64,000 nt of DNA from Eledone cirrhosa (taxonomy: Eukaryota), in NCBI GenBank assembly GCA_964016885.1, contig CAXHJY010000646.1, positions 9,057-73,056 of the forward strand. The letters run 5' to 3'. The number at the start of each line of letters is the position of its first letter. Within the stretch, counting starts at the first letter, position 1. Made by a program: the position numbers and the translations under genes. Below the pieces are notes generated by a model. The model searched no databases. It worked only from the letters and a program-made list of their open reading frames with translations, and had not been told where the DNA came from. Shown piece by piece: positions 25,725-39,233 of the stretch.

Positions 25725-26000
25725 CCACATAGGCTGGATAATGTAGTTAGCTGACAGAACACGGTATTTTAGGATTTTGTTCCGTTCATCTGCGGACGCT
25801 GTAGCTCTCGCCCTTTACCTCTGCATCCAGGATGTGGGAAGAAGCAAAAGAGTCACGAACTGTGATGTCCCAGGTAAGGCACCTGCCTCTTGACCAGGTG
25901 CACAGAGTAAGACCGTCAAGTCTTTTCCCATCAATTCAGGACAACCCAGAAGGTTCCAAAATTGAGGGGATGTTTGCCCTGGCCCAAGCTCTTAAGTGGT
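25725..26000 (-). mobile_element. CRE-like non-LTR retrotransposon restriction-like endonuclease remnant
   Basis: Minus translation ANIPSILEPSGLS*IDGKRLDGLTLCTWSRGRCLTWDITVRDSFA, then a frameshift to ADERNKILKY..L...YIIQP. This matches the EPxGL..DGKRPDGxTxxPWxxGxxLxWDxTV RLE pattern. Confidence 0.75.
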
Positions 26001-26182
26001 GTATGTGCGCGCGCATGAGTTTGTTGGCGTTCTTAAATTAGAGACACGTGCATGTATCTTACTGTTTTTAAGTTAGACATATATATGTGTGTATCCCTTT
26101 CCTTCCTTTTACACACATACATTCACACAAACACACACACACATTGTGTGATGGACGGGTGGAGAGAAGTCCCTCAAATTTA

Positions 26183-26397
26183 TATACATGTGAATGGAGT
26201 TCTACTGAAGCAGTTAGAGAAGTTCAAGTATCTCAGGGCCGTGTTCATGAGTGATGGAATGCAGGAGGCTGAATTAAGTGCAAGAATTGCAAAAGCTGAT
26301 GCAGTAATGCGCCAGCCTCAGCATTCAGCAATCAGAAGAAGGAGGGTAGGTGTAGAAGCCAACTTCGCTGTCTTCTTGGTATTCCTGCCAACTCTTA
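26183..26397 (+). mobile_element. RTE fragment (Rex3/Expander-like)
   Basis: HVNGVLLKQLEKFKYL..FMSDG; homologous to 30600-30760. Confidence 0.8.
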
Positions 26398-26411
26398 CAT
26401 GTATATATGTT

Positions 26412-26770
26412 ATCATCATCATTTTACGTCTACTTTTCCCTGCTTCCAAGGGTGGGACGGGAACTGATTCTGGCGTGATTTCTACAGCTGGATGCCCTTC
26501 CTAACACCAACCTCATTTACAGTGAGTGCTGGGTGCTTTTTTTCCGTGGCGCCTACACATCCACTTTACAGTGTGGGCTGGGTGCTTTTTTGCCGAGGCA
26601 CCTCCACGACCACTTTGCAGTGGAATGATAGGGACCCAGTCCCTATCATCTCATTTCTACAGCTGAGTAAACTGGAGCAATGTGAAATAAAGTGTCTTGC
26701 TCAAGGAAACAACACATCACCCGGTCTGAGAACTGACAACCTTTCGATTGCAAGGCCAATGCTTTAACCA
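26412..26770 (-). mobile_element. CORE-like SINE family B
   Basis: Reverse complement of the 15335 and 22251 elements. Confidence 0.88.
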
Positions 26771-26774
26771 TGTA

Positions 26775-27702
26775 GCAGCTGTGCTGGGACAGCAAGCAGT
26801 AAACTGCCACAGGAAACAAGTACCACCAATCTCTGGGAGGGCTCTGTAGAAACAGTAGACAGCTTCTGCTACCTAGGTGACCGAATTAGCAACGGAGGTG
26901 GGTGTTCAGAAAGTACAATAACTAGGGTAAGAACGGGATGGAAGAAGTTTAGGGAACTACTACCACTGCTAGCTGCAAAAGGCTTCTCCCTCAGAATGAA
27001 AGGCAGACTGTATGATGCGTGTATACGAACAGCAATGTTACATGGTAGTGAGACCTGGGCGCTGAAGGTGGAAGACTTACGTAGATTAGAGAGAAACGAA
27101 GCCTGCATGCTCCAATGGATGTGTAACAGTAATATATGCGAACGGCAAAGCATAAATGAATTGAGAGAGAGACTGAGCATAAGAGGAATCAAATGCTGTG
27201 TGCAGGAGAGGTGGTTGCGTTGGTATGGACATGTGATACGTATGAAGGATGACAGCTGCATAAAAAGGTGCAGAGCACTAGAAGTCATTGGAAACTGTGG
27301 AGTGGGGAGACCCAAGAAGACCTGGGATGAGGTGATAAAAGCCGACCTTACCCAATTACATCTCTCAAAAGTGATGACACACGACCGTGACCTCTGGCGT
27401 CACACAGTAATACAGAGTACCCGACCTCCCACGGGTACAAGCTGAAGCTTAAGCATATAGACAATATGCCCCCTCACCCTCCCACTGTAAAGTGGACGTG
27501 TAGGCGCCAAGGCAAAAAAGCACCCAGCACTCACTGTAAATGAGGTTGGTGTTAGGAAGGGCATCCAGCTGTAGAAATCAAGCCAAAATCAGTTCCTGTA
27601 TGAGCAAGACAAGGTCAGCCAACCAGTCACTGCCCACAACAGGACAACCCATCTAACCCATGCTAGCATGGAAGAACGGGTGTAAAATGGTGATGATGAT
27701 GA
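26775..27702 (+). mobile_element. RTE LINE 3' portion with 3' UTR (tail 2)
   Basis: VDSFCYLGD, KGRLYDACIRTAMLHGSETW, RWYGHV, GRPKKTW; (GAT)n tail. Confidence 0.92.
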
Positions 27703-27754
27703 TATATATATATATATATATGAATTTGTTTTGCAAGGTTTTTGATATGAAATT

Positions 27755-28182
27755 GTGTGTCGAAACAAATATTGTACTTATAAGAAGTGTGTTATATGTA
27801 AAATGAACCCCCAGATAAATTGTAAAACTAGAAATGTAGTCTATAGCATAAGATGTACAGAGGGTACTTGCATAAACATGACAACGACATACATAGGTGA
27901 GACAGCTCGAAGCATAGGAGAAAGAATAGACCAACACTGGGGGGAACTAAAAGGATAAAAAACGGTTCAGTACTATATGAACAAGCCAGACAAAGACATG
28001 ACGGTAATATAGACAATATAGAAATTAAAATAATATCTAAACATAGAAATGACTCAACAGGTAGGCAAATCAGAGAAGCAACTGAGATAGAACTAAGAAG
28101 ACCAAAGTTAAACAGAAAAAATGAATGGAAAAACAACAACCACCATACCCAAACAAACAATACTGACTTAAGGAAAATATAA
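27755..28182 (+). pseudogene. Penelope-like element GIY-YIG endonuclease remnant (frameshifted)
   Basis: C..KKCVIC..NCKTRNVVYSIRC...YIGETARSIGERIDQH, a frameshift near 27958, then GSVLYEQARQRH..RQIREATEIELRRPKLNRKNEW. Confidence 0.85.
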
Positions 28183-28408
28183 ATAAATAAATAAATAAAT
28201 ATATACACAAATACAATAACAATAAACGCATATAAACACACACACTAGTAAACAAAGATAGAATACAGAAATCAAAACACTCAAACGCGAACACACACAC
28301 CAAACATTATACATACACGCAAATACATGCGCAAAGACAGAGACAAGAAGAAATAAATAAATAAATAAAATGGCGTAGACATACAATACAATAGGAGGAA
28401 CATAATAA

Positions 28409-28452
28409 TACCACTGATGATGTTGCAGATGTGCAACGAAAGAACTTTGTTA
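28409..28452 (+). ncRNA. Hammerhead motif in the PLE 3' pseudo-LTR
   Basis: TACCA-CTGATGA-T-GTTGCA-GATG-TGCAAC-GAAAG-AA-CTT-TGTTA: 6-bp stem II, one mismatch in stem I. It lies about 230 bp downstream of the GIY-YIG stop on the same strand. Confidence 0.65.
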
Positions 28453-28777
28453 GACTATATATATATATTTATGTCTGTATTTTTAACTGTTGGTCAATCA
28501 ATGATAAACATTGATTGCTAAATAAATTAACTATGGAGATATAAAAGATACAGAAGTGAAAACCAACTAAACAGTGAGTGTGTTCCGTTATTATTTCTGA
28601 CAATTACAACAATATGACCCTCCCCAAGTATAACAATATATATATATATATATATGCAAATATATAAACAACATTTGGTTTATTTAGGAAGCATTCAGAA
28701 ATTAAAAAACATGTTTGCTACAATGCAGATAACTATAACAATAGTTGATAACTATGATTAAACATTTAACTAAATCA

Positions 28778-28892
28778 ATAGAGACACCTGTGGTGTAATG
28801 TGGGGTGGGGTGGGGTGGAGTGATCAACAGAGACACCTGTGGTGTAATGTGGGGTGGGGTGGGGGTGATCAACAGAGACACCTGTGGTGTAA
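28778..28892. repeat. Short tandem triplication (AGAGACACCTGTGGTGTAA plus GGGGT runs)
   Basis: Three copies visible. Confidence 0.8.
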
Positions 28893-29815
28893 CGCCTCAA
28901 TACAAACCATTACACAGTAAAAAAAAGGAAAACAAAAAAATAGTGAAAATACTTGCCTGAAGCATTATGATTAAATTTCAGGTGAAATAATCTGTTCAGT
29001 TTAATTAGTACACACCTTTGTATAAGTTATTCCTGATAGCTTAGATGGTGAGTACTGGAATTAATTACAAAATATTCTATTGTTAGCCTGGCAGATACAT
29101 ACATGGTGACACAGCAAAAATTCTTTAAGTATTCTTTTAGCCTTTTATTGGTTTCAGCCATTAGACTGTTACCATGCTGGGGCACCAGTTTGAAAGGTAC
29201 TTATTTTATTGATCTCTTTTTCGTTGAACTGTTAAGGTACATGACAGGAACACAGACACACAAACACATCTCCTTTTCTTCCGTATATAATGTATATCAA
29301 AATAAGAGACATATAAGAATAGAGGAGAAAGCACCTATCATATAATATATTAGATGCCTTTAGCCGAAGTTAAGTGTGCTCAATGCTTAGAGATGCAATG
29401 TTAAATATTATAGTGGAGTTAGTATTTAAGGAGAGTTATATGCAGAAGATAAGCAGAGCGGGTATAATCAGAAATATATGGAGGAGAAAGCAAGATATTT
29501 AAAACCAAAATTTAATTCTTACACAGTGCTTCATCTTCAAGTACATTTACAATACAGTAGGTAGACATATATGTATATATTCCACCATAGAGATGCACTT
29601 ATAAGACTCATCAGAGATTTTATGTCCTTAAAGATGTCCCTGAAGGGATTAGTCCAACTTCATATATGTAAAACAGCAAACATTCTCTATAAAAACATAA
29701 ATTGACCCAATTAATAAAGAAATCTTCATCAAGGGGAGACATGGTCTGACGTTAAATAAAAAAAAAATTTGAAATAAACGCATACTACTGTGATTATTTC
29801 CGGCAAAGACAGGCA

Positions 29816-29885
<70 letters not shown>

Positions 29886-30163
29886 CACACTTGCACGTGC
29901 ATCTACATGTGAACACATATCGGAGGAGCTTCCAATTCCAGAGTTTATCAAACATTAATCAATCATTCCTCGAGCTGATCGACAGTGAAACATATGTAAT
30001 ATGTAATTAAATATGTAAATGATGCAATACTGATTCTTTGTTCCCTTTTAATATTATTATATTATTTTATATATATATATACACACACATATATATATGT
30101 GTGTGTGTGTATGTGTATGTATATGTATATATATATATATCTATATCTACATGTGTGTGTGTT

Positions 30164-30194
<31 letters not shown>

Positions 30195-30199
30195 ACATT

Positions 30200-32120
30200 T
30201 TCTTCTCCTTCGCCCACTAGCGTGACCAGCCAAACTCATGGATGTTATCCAACCATCTTGTTCAGAATCTACCTCTGCGTCTCCTACCTGTTGGTTTTGC
30301 CCGTAATATCTGTCCAGCGATTCTTTCTTGAGACATTCTAACCACATGTCCATAGTATCTGAGCTGTTATTTCTCAATATGGTGAAGTAGCAGCTCTACC
30401 TGAAGTGACTCTATGATCTCCGAGCTACACACTCTATCAAGTAACATTACTCCAAAGACCATTCGGGGGAACCGCATTTCGGCCACTTGTATCACTATCG
30501 TATTCTTTTGGTCATTACCCAAGATCATGACCATAGGTAAGGGTTGGCACAAATACTGAATTGAAGATAACAAGTTTGTCTTTTACACCTACCTCCCTTC
30601 TTCTGACTACTGAATGCTGAAGCTGTTCATTACTACACCAGCTCCTGCAATTCTTGCACTTAATTCAGCCTCCTGCCTTCCATCACTCGTGAACACGGCC
30701 CCGAGATACTTCAACTTCTCTACCTGCTTCAGTGGAACTCCATTTACATGTAAAGTGCACTGCGCAGGGTTCCTTGAGAGGATGAGTATCTCAGTTTTCA
30801 CAGCACTGATTTTCATTCCAGCCATGCAACACTCGGCATCAAACTTATCGAGTGCAAGTCAGAGATCATCTTCTGTCATATTAAGTAACTACAAATTCCA
30901 ACTGACTGATTTTACACCCGCCAGTCATGATACCACTTCCAACTTGGCTGCACATGTCAATCCTGCTCAGGTGACAGCACACACTCTTGGCGGACATCGA
31001 CTCCAATATTGAATGGTTTCAGTTTAACACCATTTATGCCAACACAAATACTCGAGTATTCGTATAGAGACATCAGGGCAGCAAGAAGCTGACCATCACA
31101 GCAGGTCCCAAGGAATGCCGTCATATGCTTTTTCAAAGTCGACAAAACAAGAATATACCTCAAATACCTGCCACAGAGTGAATATTTGGCCGTGTATCCT
31201 GCATCCAGGGTGAAAACCACTCTGTTCTTCAGCTAGCTTAGACTTGACAATTTCCCTGCATCTCTTTGCCAGATACTTAGCATAGACTTTACTGGGGAGG
31301 CTTAACAAGATCTCTTTGTAATTGGAACAATCTCTCTTGTCTCCCTTTTTGAAAATTGGAATTATCACTCCTGATTGCCATTGCTTAGGTGCCTTTCCAG
31401 AGATCCAGGCCACCCAGCACACTTTAGTCAGCCAGAGAATACATTCTCTATTTAAGGCTTTTAACATCTTGGGCTGGATTTCATCTTCCCCAGCGGCCTT
31501 GTCACATTTGAGCTCTTTAACTGTTCTTGTGACCTCAGTCTCTGAGAGATTAGTCACCGTTCCCAGTTGCTCCTTATGTACATCAGAAGATGCTGTTGTG
31601 ATTGGGTTTAGGAGACCAGCAAAGTATTCTTTCCACCTCGTGAGGATGCACCTCTCTGAAGAGAGGAGAACCCTCAGATGCGTTCATGATAGCAGGTGTG
31701 GAGTTTTTCTTATTACGAACTCGGCGGATGGTCTGCTAGAATACTTTTTTTGCCAATCTGAAGTCGGATTCCAGGTTAACCCCAAAGTCCTCCCATGACT
31801 TCACTTTGGACACCTTTACTGTCTCTGCTGCGATTCTTCATGCCTGCTAGTACCACAACTGCAAAAAGAAGGACATATTTGCAAGCCAAACTTTGGCACC
31901 CTCCTGCCATCTGGTGCAACACCAAGCCACTTTTGCCCACAGCATTTAACAGCTGAAGAAGAAACTGTTATGCTGAACAATCTCCACTCTGTCTCAACAT
32001 CCCCAGTTTCCTCAGGGAGTTCTCTGAATTTGGATGCAATAGTATCTGCATACCAGGTCCTGACTTCCTTATCCACCAATACTTCCCACTTTATCCTGTA
32101 GGTCGCTCTGGACCTGCCAG
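30200..32120 (-). mobile_element. Degenerate RTE LINE (Rex3/Expander-like)
   Basis: KAAGEDEI, IPIFKKGD..CSNY, EEQSGF, CFVDFEKAYD, MKISAVKTE, KQVEKLKYLG; multiple frameshifts. Confidence 0.9.
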
Positions 32121-32226
32121 TTTTGTGGGCTTCCTTGGCTTTATATATATATATAGTGTGTGAGAGAGAGAGAGTAGTAGTATACAGATAAGAAGAGATA
32201 CAGTGTGAGAGAGAAAGTGATGGTGT

Positions 32227-32265
<39 letters not shown>

Positions 32266-32348
32266 TGGGCGGATGGAAGAGATCTCCCCCCCACCCACAG
32301 TCTCCACAATGGAAGAGATCCCCCACCACCACCACCACACTCTCCTCC

Positions 32349-32415
32349 CTATACCCCACAGGCTCCATCAATCAAAAATATTACAAAGTTTGCAAAGTAC
32401 ATATTTTTTTTTTTA

Positions 32416-32461
<46 letters not shown>

Positions 32462-32584
32462 TACTATTATTATTGTTGTTGTTGTTGTTGTTGTATGGTG
32501 TAAAATATGGGTTGGGTTCTTTTGATTCTGGGTTCTTCCTTCCTCCTCTTGTGTATCTAATTCTTGACTTATTAATGTCTACCT
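32349..32584 (-). CDS. Candidate terminal exon of an unidentified host gene
   Basis: Acceptor TTACAG|AG, then VDINKSRIRYTRGGRKNPESKEPNPYFTPY, poly-N and a stop. Phase-compatible with the candidate exon at 33106-34033. Confidence 0.4.
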
Positions 32585-32599
32585 CTGTAACAACCACCC

Positions 32600-32950
32600 C
32601 CACACACCCAGCGCCTCACTACACCCACCACCACCACCACCACCACCACCACCCACTGGCAACCACTCCGCCTCACTACACCCACCACCACCACCACCAC
32701 TCACTGGCAACCACCCCGCCTCACTACACCCACCACCACCACCACCACCACTCACTGGCAACCACCCCGCCTCACTACACCCACCACCACCACCACCACC
32801 ACCACTCACTGGCAACCACTCCGCCACCCCCAGCACCCTCCGCCTCACTACACCCACCACTCACTGGCAACCACCCCGCCGCCTCACTACACCCACCACC
32901 TACCACCACCACCACCACCACTCACTGGCAACCACCCCACCACCACCACC
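32600..32950. repeat. CAC-rich short tandem repeat (CACTGGCAACCACYCCGCCTCACTACACC units)
   Basis: About five units separated by (CAC)n runs. Confidence 0.85.
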
Positions 32951-33105
32951 TGGTGGCATGGCCGTTTTCATTTACTTTTTTCTTCTGTTTTACTAGTTAC
33001 ACTATCTCTCTCTCTGACTCTCTCTCTCACTATCTCTCTCTCTCTCTTTTTCTATCTATCTCTCTCTCTCTCTTTTTCTCTCTCCCTCACCTTTTCACTA
33101 AATAC

Positions 33106-33546
33106 TTAATTCAATTATTTCACTTGTTGTTGTTGTTAATGTGTCGTCGTTGTTGTTGTTGTTGTTGTTGTTACTGTTGTTGTTGTTACTGCTGTTGTTG
33201 TTGTTACTGTTGTTATTGTTGTTGTTGTTACTGCTGTTGTTGTTACTGCTGTTGTTGTTGTTGTTACTGTTGTTATTGTTGTTGTTGTTACTGTTGTTGT
33301 TGTTGTTGTTGTTGTTACTGTTGTTGTTGTTGTTTCTGTTGTTACTGTTGTTGTTGTTGTTTTTGTTGTTACTGCTGTTGTTGTTACTGTTGCTGTTGTT
33401 GTTACTGTTGTTGTTGTTGTTGTTGTTGTTGTTACTGTTGTTGTTACTGTTGTTGTTGTTGTTGTTGTTACTGTTGTTGTTACTGTTGTTGTTGTTGTTG
33501 TTACTGTTGTTGTTGTTGTTGTTGTTGTTACTGCTGTTGTTGTTAC

Positions 33547-33577
<31 letters not shown>

Positions 33578-34033
33578 ACTGCTGTTGTTACTGTTACTGT
33601 TGTTGTTACTGCTGTTGTTGTTACTGTTGTTGTTGTTGTTGTTGTTGTTACTGTTGTTACTGCTGTTGTTACTGTTACTGTTGTTGTTACTGCTGTTGTT
33701 GTTACTGTTGTTGTTGTTGTTGTTGTTGTTACTGTTGTTGTTGTTGTTACTGTTGTTGTTGTTACTGCTGTTGTTACTGTTACTGTTGTTGTTACTGCTG
33801 TTGTTGTTACTGCTGTTGTTGTTACTGCTGTTGTTACTGTTACTGTGGTTACTGCTGTTGTTGTTGTTACTGTTGTTGTTGTTGTTGTTGTTGTTACTGT
33901 TGTTGTTACTGTTGTTGTTACTGTTGTTGTTACTACTACTGTTACTACTCTGTTGTTGCTTTTGTTTTATCTCTTGATCTGCTCCACCACCACAGTCAAC
34001 ACCACCATAACCAGCTGCACCAATGCCATCACC
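33106..34033 (-). CDS. Candidate Asn/Ser-rich exon of the same gene
   Basis: Acceptor GTAG|GT, then an open frame GDGIGAAGYGGVDCGGGADQEIKQKQQQSS(N/S)n DDTLTTTTSEIIEL, then donor AA|GTATTT or an in-frame TAG at 33098. Absent from the ORF track because it lacks a start codon. Confidence 0.35.
33125..33950. repeat. Interrupted (GTT)n trinucleotide tract
   Basis: GTT/ACT/GCT triplets with the frame preserved throughout. Confidence 0.95.
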
Positions 34034-34284
34034 TACATCCCCACCACCATCACTACCAGTTATCCCTCACCACCACCACCACCTCCACCCTACTACCTCA
34101 CCACCACCACCACCTCCACCCTACTACCCCACCTCCACCACCCACCTCCTACATTAATGGTACATGTGTTTAAATCATTCAGTGTGTTCTGTTGTAGAAG
34201 TAATTACAACTTGTAACCCCCTCCATCCCACCCCACTCTGCAGGGGACACCTCTCCGACCCCCCATACCCTCACACAGATATAT

Positions 34285-34324
<40 letters not shown>

Positions 34325-37300
34325 ATACAGAGATGTACACACGCACACATTCACACACTTACACACACACATACACACACATACACGTACACAGATACAC
34401 ATGTACACACAAATACAATACACACATGTACACACACATACACACATACACATACACACATGTACACACACATACACACAATGTATTTCTCCCCTCTGTA
34501 ATTACAGTTCCTTACTGCATGAAGTTTTGTGCATTACACACACATCGACAAACATACACACATCGACAAACACACACACATCGACAAACACACACACATC
34601 GACAAACACACACACATCGACAAACACACACACACACATCGACAAACACACACACACATCGACAAACACACACACACCGACAAACACACACGTCTACAAA
34701 CACACACACATCTACAAACACACACACACATTTACAAACACACACATCTACAAACACACATACACACATACACGCATATACACACACACACGCACATACA
34801 CACACAGGTCCACACACACACTCACACACAGGTACACACACACATACGCGTACACACACACACACACGCACAGACACATACACACACACATGCACAGACA
34901 CACACATCCATACAGACACACACATCCATACAGACACACGCCTTCATACAGACACACACCTTCATACAGACACACACATCCATACAGACACATCCATACA
35001 GACACACACATTCATACAGACACACACATCCATACAGACACACACATCCATACACAGACACACACATCCATACACAGACACACACCTTCATACAGACACA
35101 CACATCCATACAGACACACACCTTCATACAGACACACACATCCATACAGACACACACCTTCATACAGACACACACATCCATACAGACACACACCTTCATA
35201 CAGACACACACCTTCATACAGACACACACATCCATACAGACACACACATCCATACAGACACACACATCCATACAGACACACACATCCATACAGACACACA
35301 CATCCATACACAGACACACACATCCATACACAGACACACACATCCATACACAGACACACACCTTCATACAGACACACACATCCATACAGACACACACCTT
35401 CATACAGACACACACATCCATACAGACACACACCTTCATACAGACACACACCTTCATACAGACACACACATCCATACAGACACACACCTTCATACAGACA
35501 CACACATCCACACAGACACACACATCCATACAGACACACACCTTAATACAGACACACACATCCATACAGACACACACATCCATACAGACACACACCTTCA
35601 TACAGACACACACCTTCATACAGACACACACATCCATACAGACACACACCTTCATACAGACACACACCTTCATACAGACACACACCTTCATACAGACACA
35701 CACCTTCATACAGACACACACATCCATACAGACACACACCTTCATACAGACACACACATCCATACAGACACACACATCCATACAGACACACACCTTCATA
35801 CAGACACACACCTTCATACAGACACACACCTTCATACAGACACACACCTTCATACAGACACACACCTTCATACAGACACACACATCCATACAGACACACA
35901 CCTTCATACAGACACACACCTTCATACAGACACACACCTTCATACAGACACACACATCCATACAGACACACACCTTCATACAGACACACACCTTCATACA
36001 GACACACACCTTCATACAGACACACACATCCATACACAGACACACACCTTCATACAGACACACACATCCATACAGACACACATCCATACAGACACACACA
36101 TTCATACAGACACACACATCCATACAGACACACACCTTCATACAGACACACACCTTCATATAGACACACACATCCATACAGACACACACATCCACACAGA
36201 CACACACATCCATACAGACACACACATCCATACAGACACACACCTTCATACAGACACACACATCCATACAGACACACACATCCATACAGACACACACCTT
36301 CATACAGACACACACCTTCATACAGACACACACATCCATACAGACACACACCTTCATACAGACACACACATCCATACAGACACACACATCCATACAGACA
36401 CACACATTCATACACAGACACACACCTTCATACAGACACACACATCCATACAGACACACACGTTCATACAGACACACACATCCACACAGACACACACATC
36501 CACACAGACACACACATCCATACAGACACACACATCCATACAGACACACACCTTCATACAGACACACACATCCATACAGACACACACATCCATACAGACA
36601 CACACATCCATACAGACACACACATTCATACAGACACACACATCCATACAGACACACACGTTCATACAGACACACACATCCATACAGACACACACATCCA
36701 TACAGACACACACATCCATACAGACACACACATTCATACAGACACACACATCCATACAGACACACACGTTCATACAGACACACACATCCATCCATACAGA
36801 CACACACATCCATACAGACACACACATTCATACACAGACACACACCTTCATACAGACACACACATCCATACAGACACACACGTTCATACAGACACACACA
36901 TCCATACAGACACACACATCCACACAGACACACACATCCATACAGACACACACATCCATACAGACACACACCTTCATACAGACACACACATCCATACAGA
37001 CACACACATCCATACAGACACACACATCCATACAGACACACACATTCATACAGACACACACATCCATACAGACACACACGTTCATACAGACACACACATC
37101 CATACAGACACACACATTCATACACAGACACACACATCCATACAGACACACACATCCATACAGACACACACCTTAATACAGACACACACCTTCATACAGA
37201 CACACACATCCATACACAGACACACACCTTCATACAGACACACACCTTCATACAGACACACACATCCATACAGACACACACGTTCATACAGACACACACA

Positions 37301-37680
37301 TCCATACAGACACACACATCCATACAGACACACACCTTCATACAGACACACACCTTCATACAGACACACACATCCATACAGACACACACCTTCATACAGA
37401 CACACACATCCATACAGACACACACATCCATACAGACACACACATCCATACAGACACACACATCCATACACAGACACACACCTTCATACAGACACACACA
37501 TCCATACAGACACACACATCCATACAGACACACACCTTCATACAGACACACACATCCATACAGACACACACCTTCATACAGACACACACATCCATACAGA
37601 CACACACATCCATACAGACACACACCTTCATACAGACACACACAGACATACACAGACACACACCTATAGACATACATACA
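34285..37680. repeat. CA-rich array; from about 34890 an 18-bp minisatellite with two main variants
   Basis: CATACAGACACACACATC and CATACAGACACACACCTT units are interspersed. Confidence 0.95.
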
Positions 37681-37755
37681 CAGATATATATAGACAAGCA
37701 AGTACACTACAGTGTATATAACACATGTATATAGATATATACAACATACAAGCAC

Positions 37756-38365
37756 GTGTGTGTTGGTGTGTCTGTTGGTGTGTTGGTGTTGGTTGGTGTG
37801 TTGGTGGTGTGTGTGTGTGTTGGTTGGTGTGTTGGTATGTGTGTGTTGGTGTGTTGGTGTGTTGGTGTTGGTGTGTGTGTTGGTCTGTTGGTGTGTGTGT
37901 TGGTGTTGGTGTGTGTGTTGGTGTTGGTGTGTGTCTGTTGGTGTGTTGGTGTTGGTGTGTGTGTGTTTGTGTGTGTTGGTGTGTGTGTTGGTGTTGGTGT
38001 GTGTGTTGGTGTTGGTGTGTGTGTGTGTTGATGTTGGTGTGTGTTGGTGTGTGTATTGATGTTGGTGTGTGTATGTGGGTGTGTGTGTTGGTGTGTGTGT
38101 TGGTGTTGGTGTGTGTGTGTGTGTTGGTGTGTGTCTTGGTGTTGGTGTGTGTTGGTGTGTGTGGGTGTTGGTGTATGTTGGTGTGTGTGTGTTGGTGTAT
38201 GTGTTGGTGTGTGTGTGTTGGTGTGTGTGTGTTGGTGTGTGTGTGTGTTGGTGTTGGTGTGTGTTGGTCGGTGTGTTGGTGTATTGGTGTGTGTGTGTGT
38301 TAGCGTGTGTTGGTGTGTGTGTGTGTTGGCGTTGGTGTGTGTGTGTGTGTCAGTGTGTGTGTGTG
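37756..38365. repeat. (GT)n/TTGG low-complexity repeat
   Basis: Direct observation. Confidence 0.9.
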
Positions 38366-38423
38366 AACTTCTTTTGGCAAATTATCATTTATGTTGTTTT
38401 GACTTGGCAATTGCTGTTATATA

Positions 38424-38465
<42 letters not shown>

Positions 38466-38546
38466 TATATATAAATACACACACACTTAATATAGTGGTG
38501 CTGCTTGTAGTCTAACAGTATTTTATATAGGTTTGAAAGAAAGTAT

Positions 38547-38589
<43 letters not shown>

Positions 38590-38720
38590 GATAAATCTAC
38601 CAAAAGTTTACGGTAGTGTCCAATCCGTATGAAGAACTCAATGTAATCCGGATATCATGGAAAGAAGAGATGCATTCAAAAATCACTTTCGTTGAAAGAT
38701 AAACGGAATACAGAGTCAAG

Positions 38721-39151
38721 ATAAAATGTTAAAAAAATAATGAATAAAACAATGAAACAGTTCCTTATATTAAACAAAAAAAGTTCATTATTTAACGATC
38801 GTTTCTAGGACACATATGTGTTAGAATTGGCATGCATATTCAACAGATCTATGTACAAAATTATACAAAATTATACAAACTATCAAATATAATATACATA
38901 CCAACACATACATATGCCGTCTTCAGAAATAATTTTTTCTAATTATTTCTGAAGACGGCATATGTATGTGTTGGTATGTATATTATATTTGATAGTTTGT
39001 ATAATTTTGTATAATTTTGTACATAGATCTGTTGAATATGCATGCCAATTCTAACACATATATGTCCTAGAAACGATCGTTAAATAATGAACTTTTTTTG
39101 TTTAATATAAGGAACTGTTTCATTGTTTTATTCATTATTTTTTTAACATTT

Positions 39152-39154
<3 letters not shown>
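38721..39154. repeat. Near-perfect palindrome (214-bp arms, 6-nt loop) containing an extended hammerhead in each arm
   Basis: Arms 38721-38934 and 38941-39154 with one visible mismatch. HHR core CTGAAGA at 38949-38955 and GAAACGATCGTT at 39070-39081. Confidence 0.9.
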
Positions 39155-39182
<28 letters not shown>

Positions 39183-39233
39183 CTACCACTCAAAAATTTT
39201 CAACTATATAATTCAATTGGATACAGAGTCAAA

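Noticed and set aside
28982-29048. Apparent plus-strand exon (TTTCAG| ... |GTGAGT)
   Set aside because: It has stops in all three frames and no other support.
29965-30000. Hammerhead-like CCTCGAG-CTG-ATCGA-CAG-T-GAAACATATGTA
   Set aside because: The CUGANGA core is missing and there is no convincing stem I; too degenerate to call.
32473-34173. Plus-strand poly-Cys and poly-Leu ORFs
   Set aside because: These are alternative readings of (GTT)n; only the minus Asn frame has protein-like flanks.
34333-37185. 947-aa His/Thr and 787-aa Cys/Val ORFs
   Set aside because: These are translations of CA-rich repeats, open in most frames.
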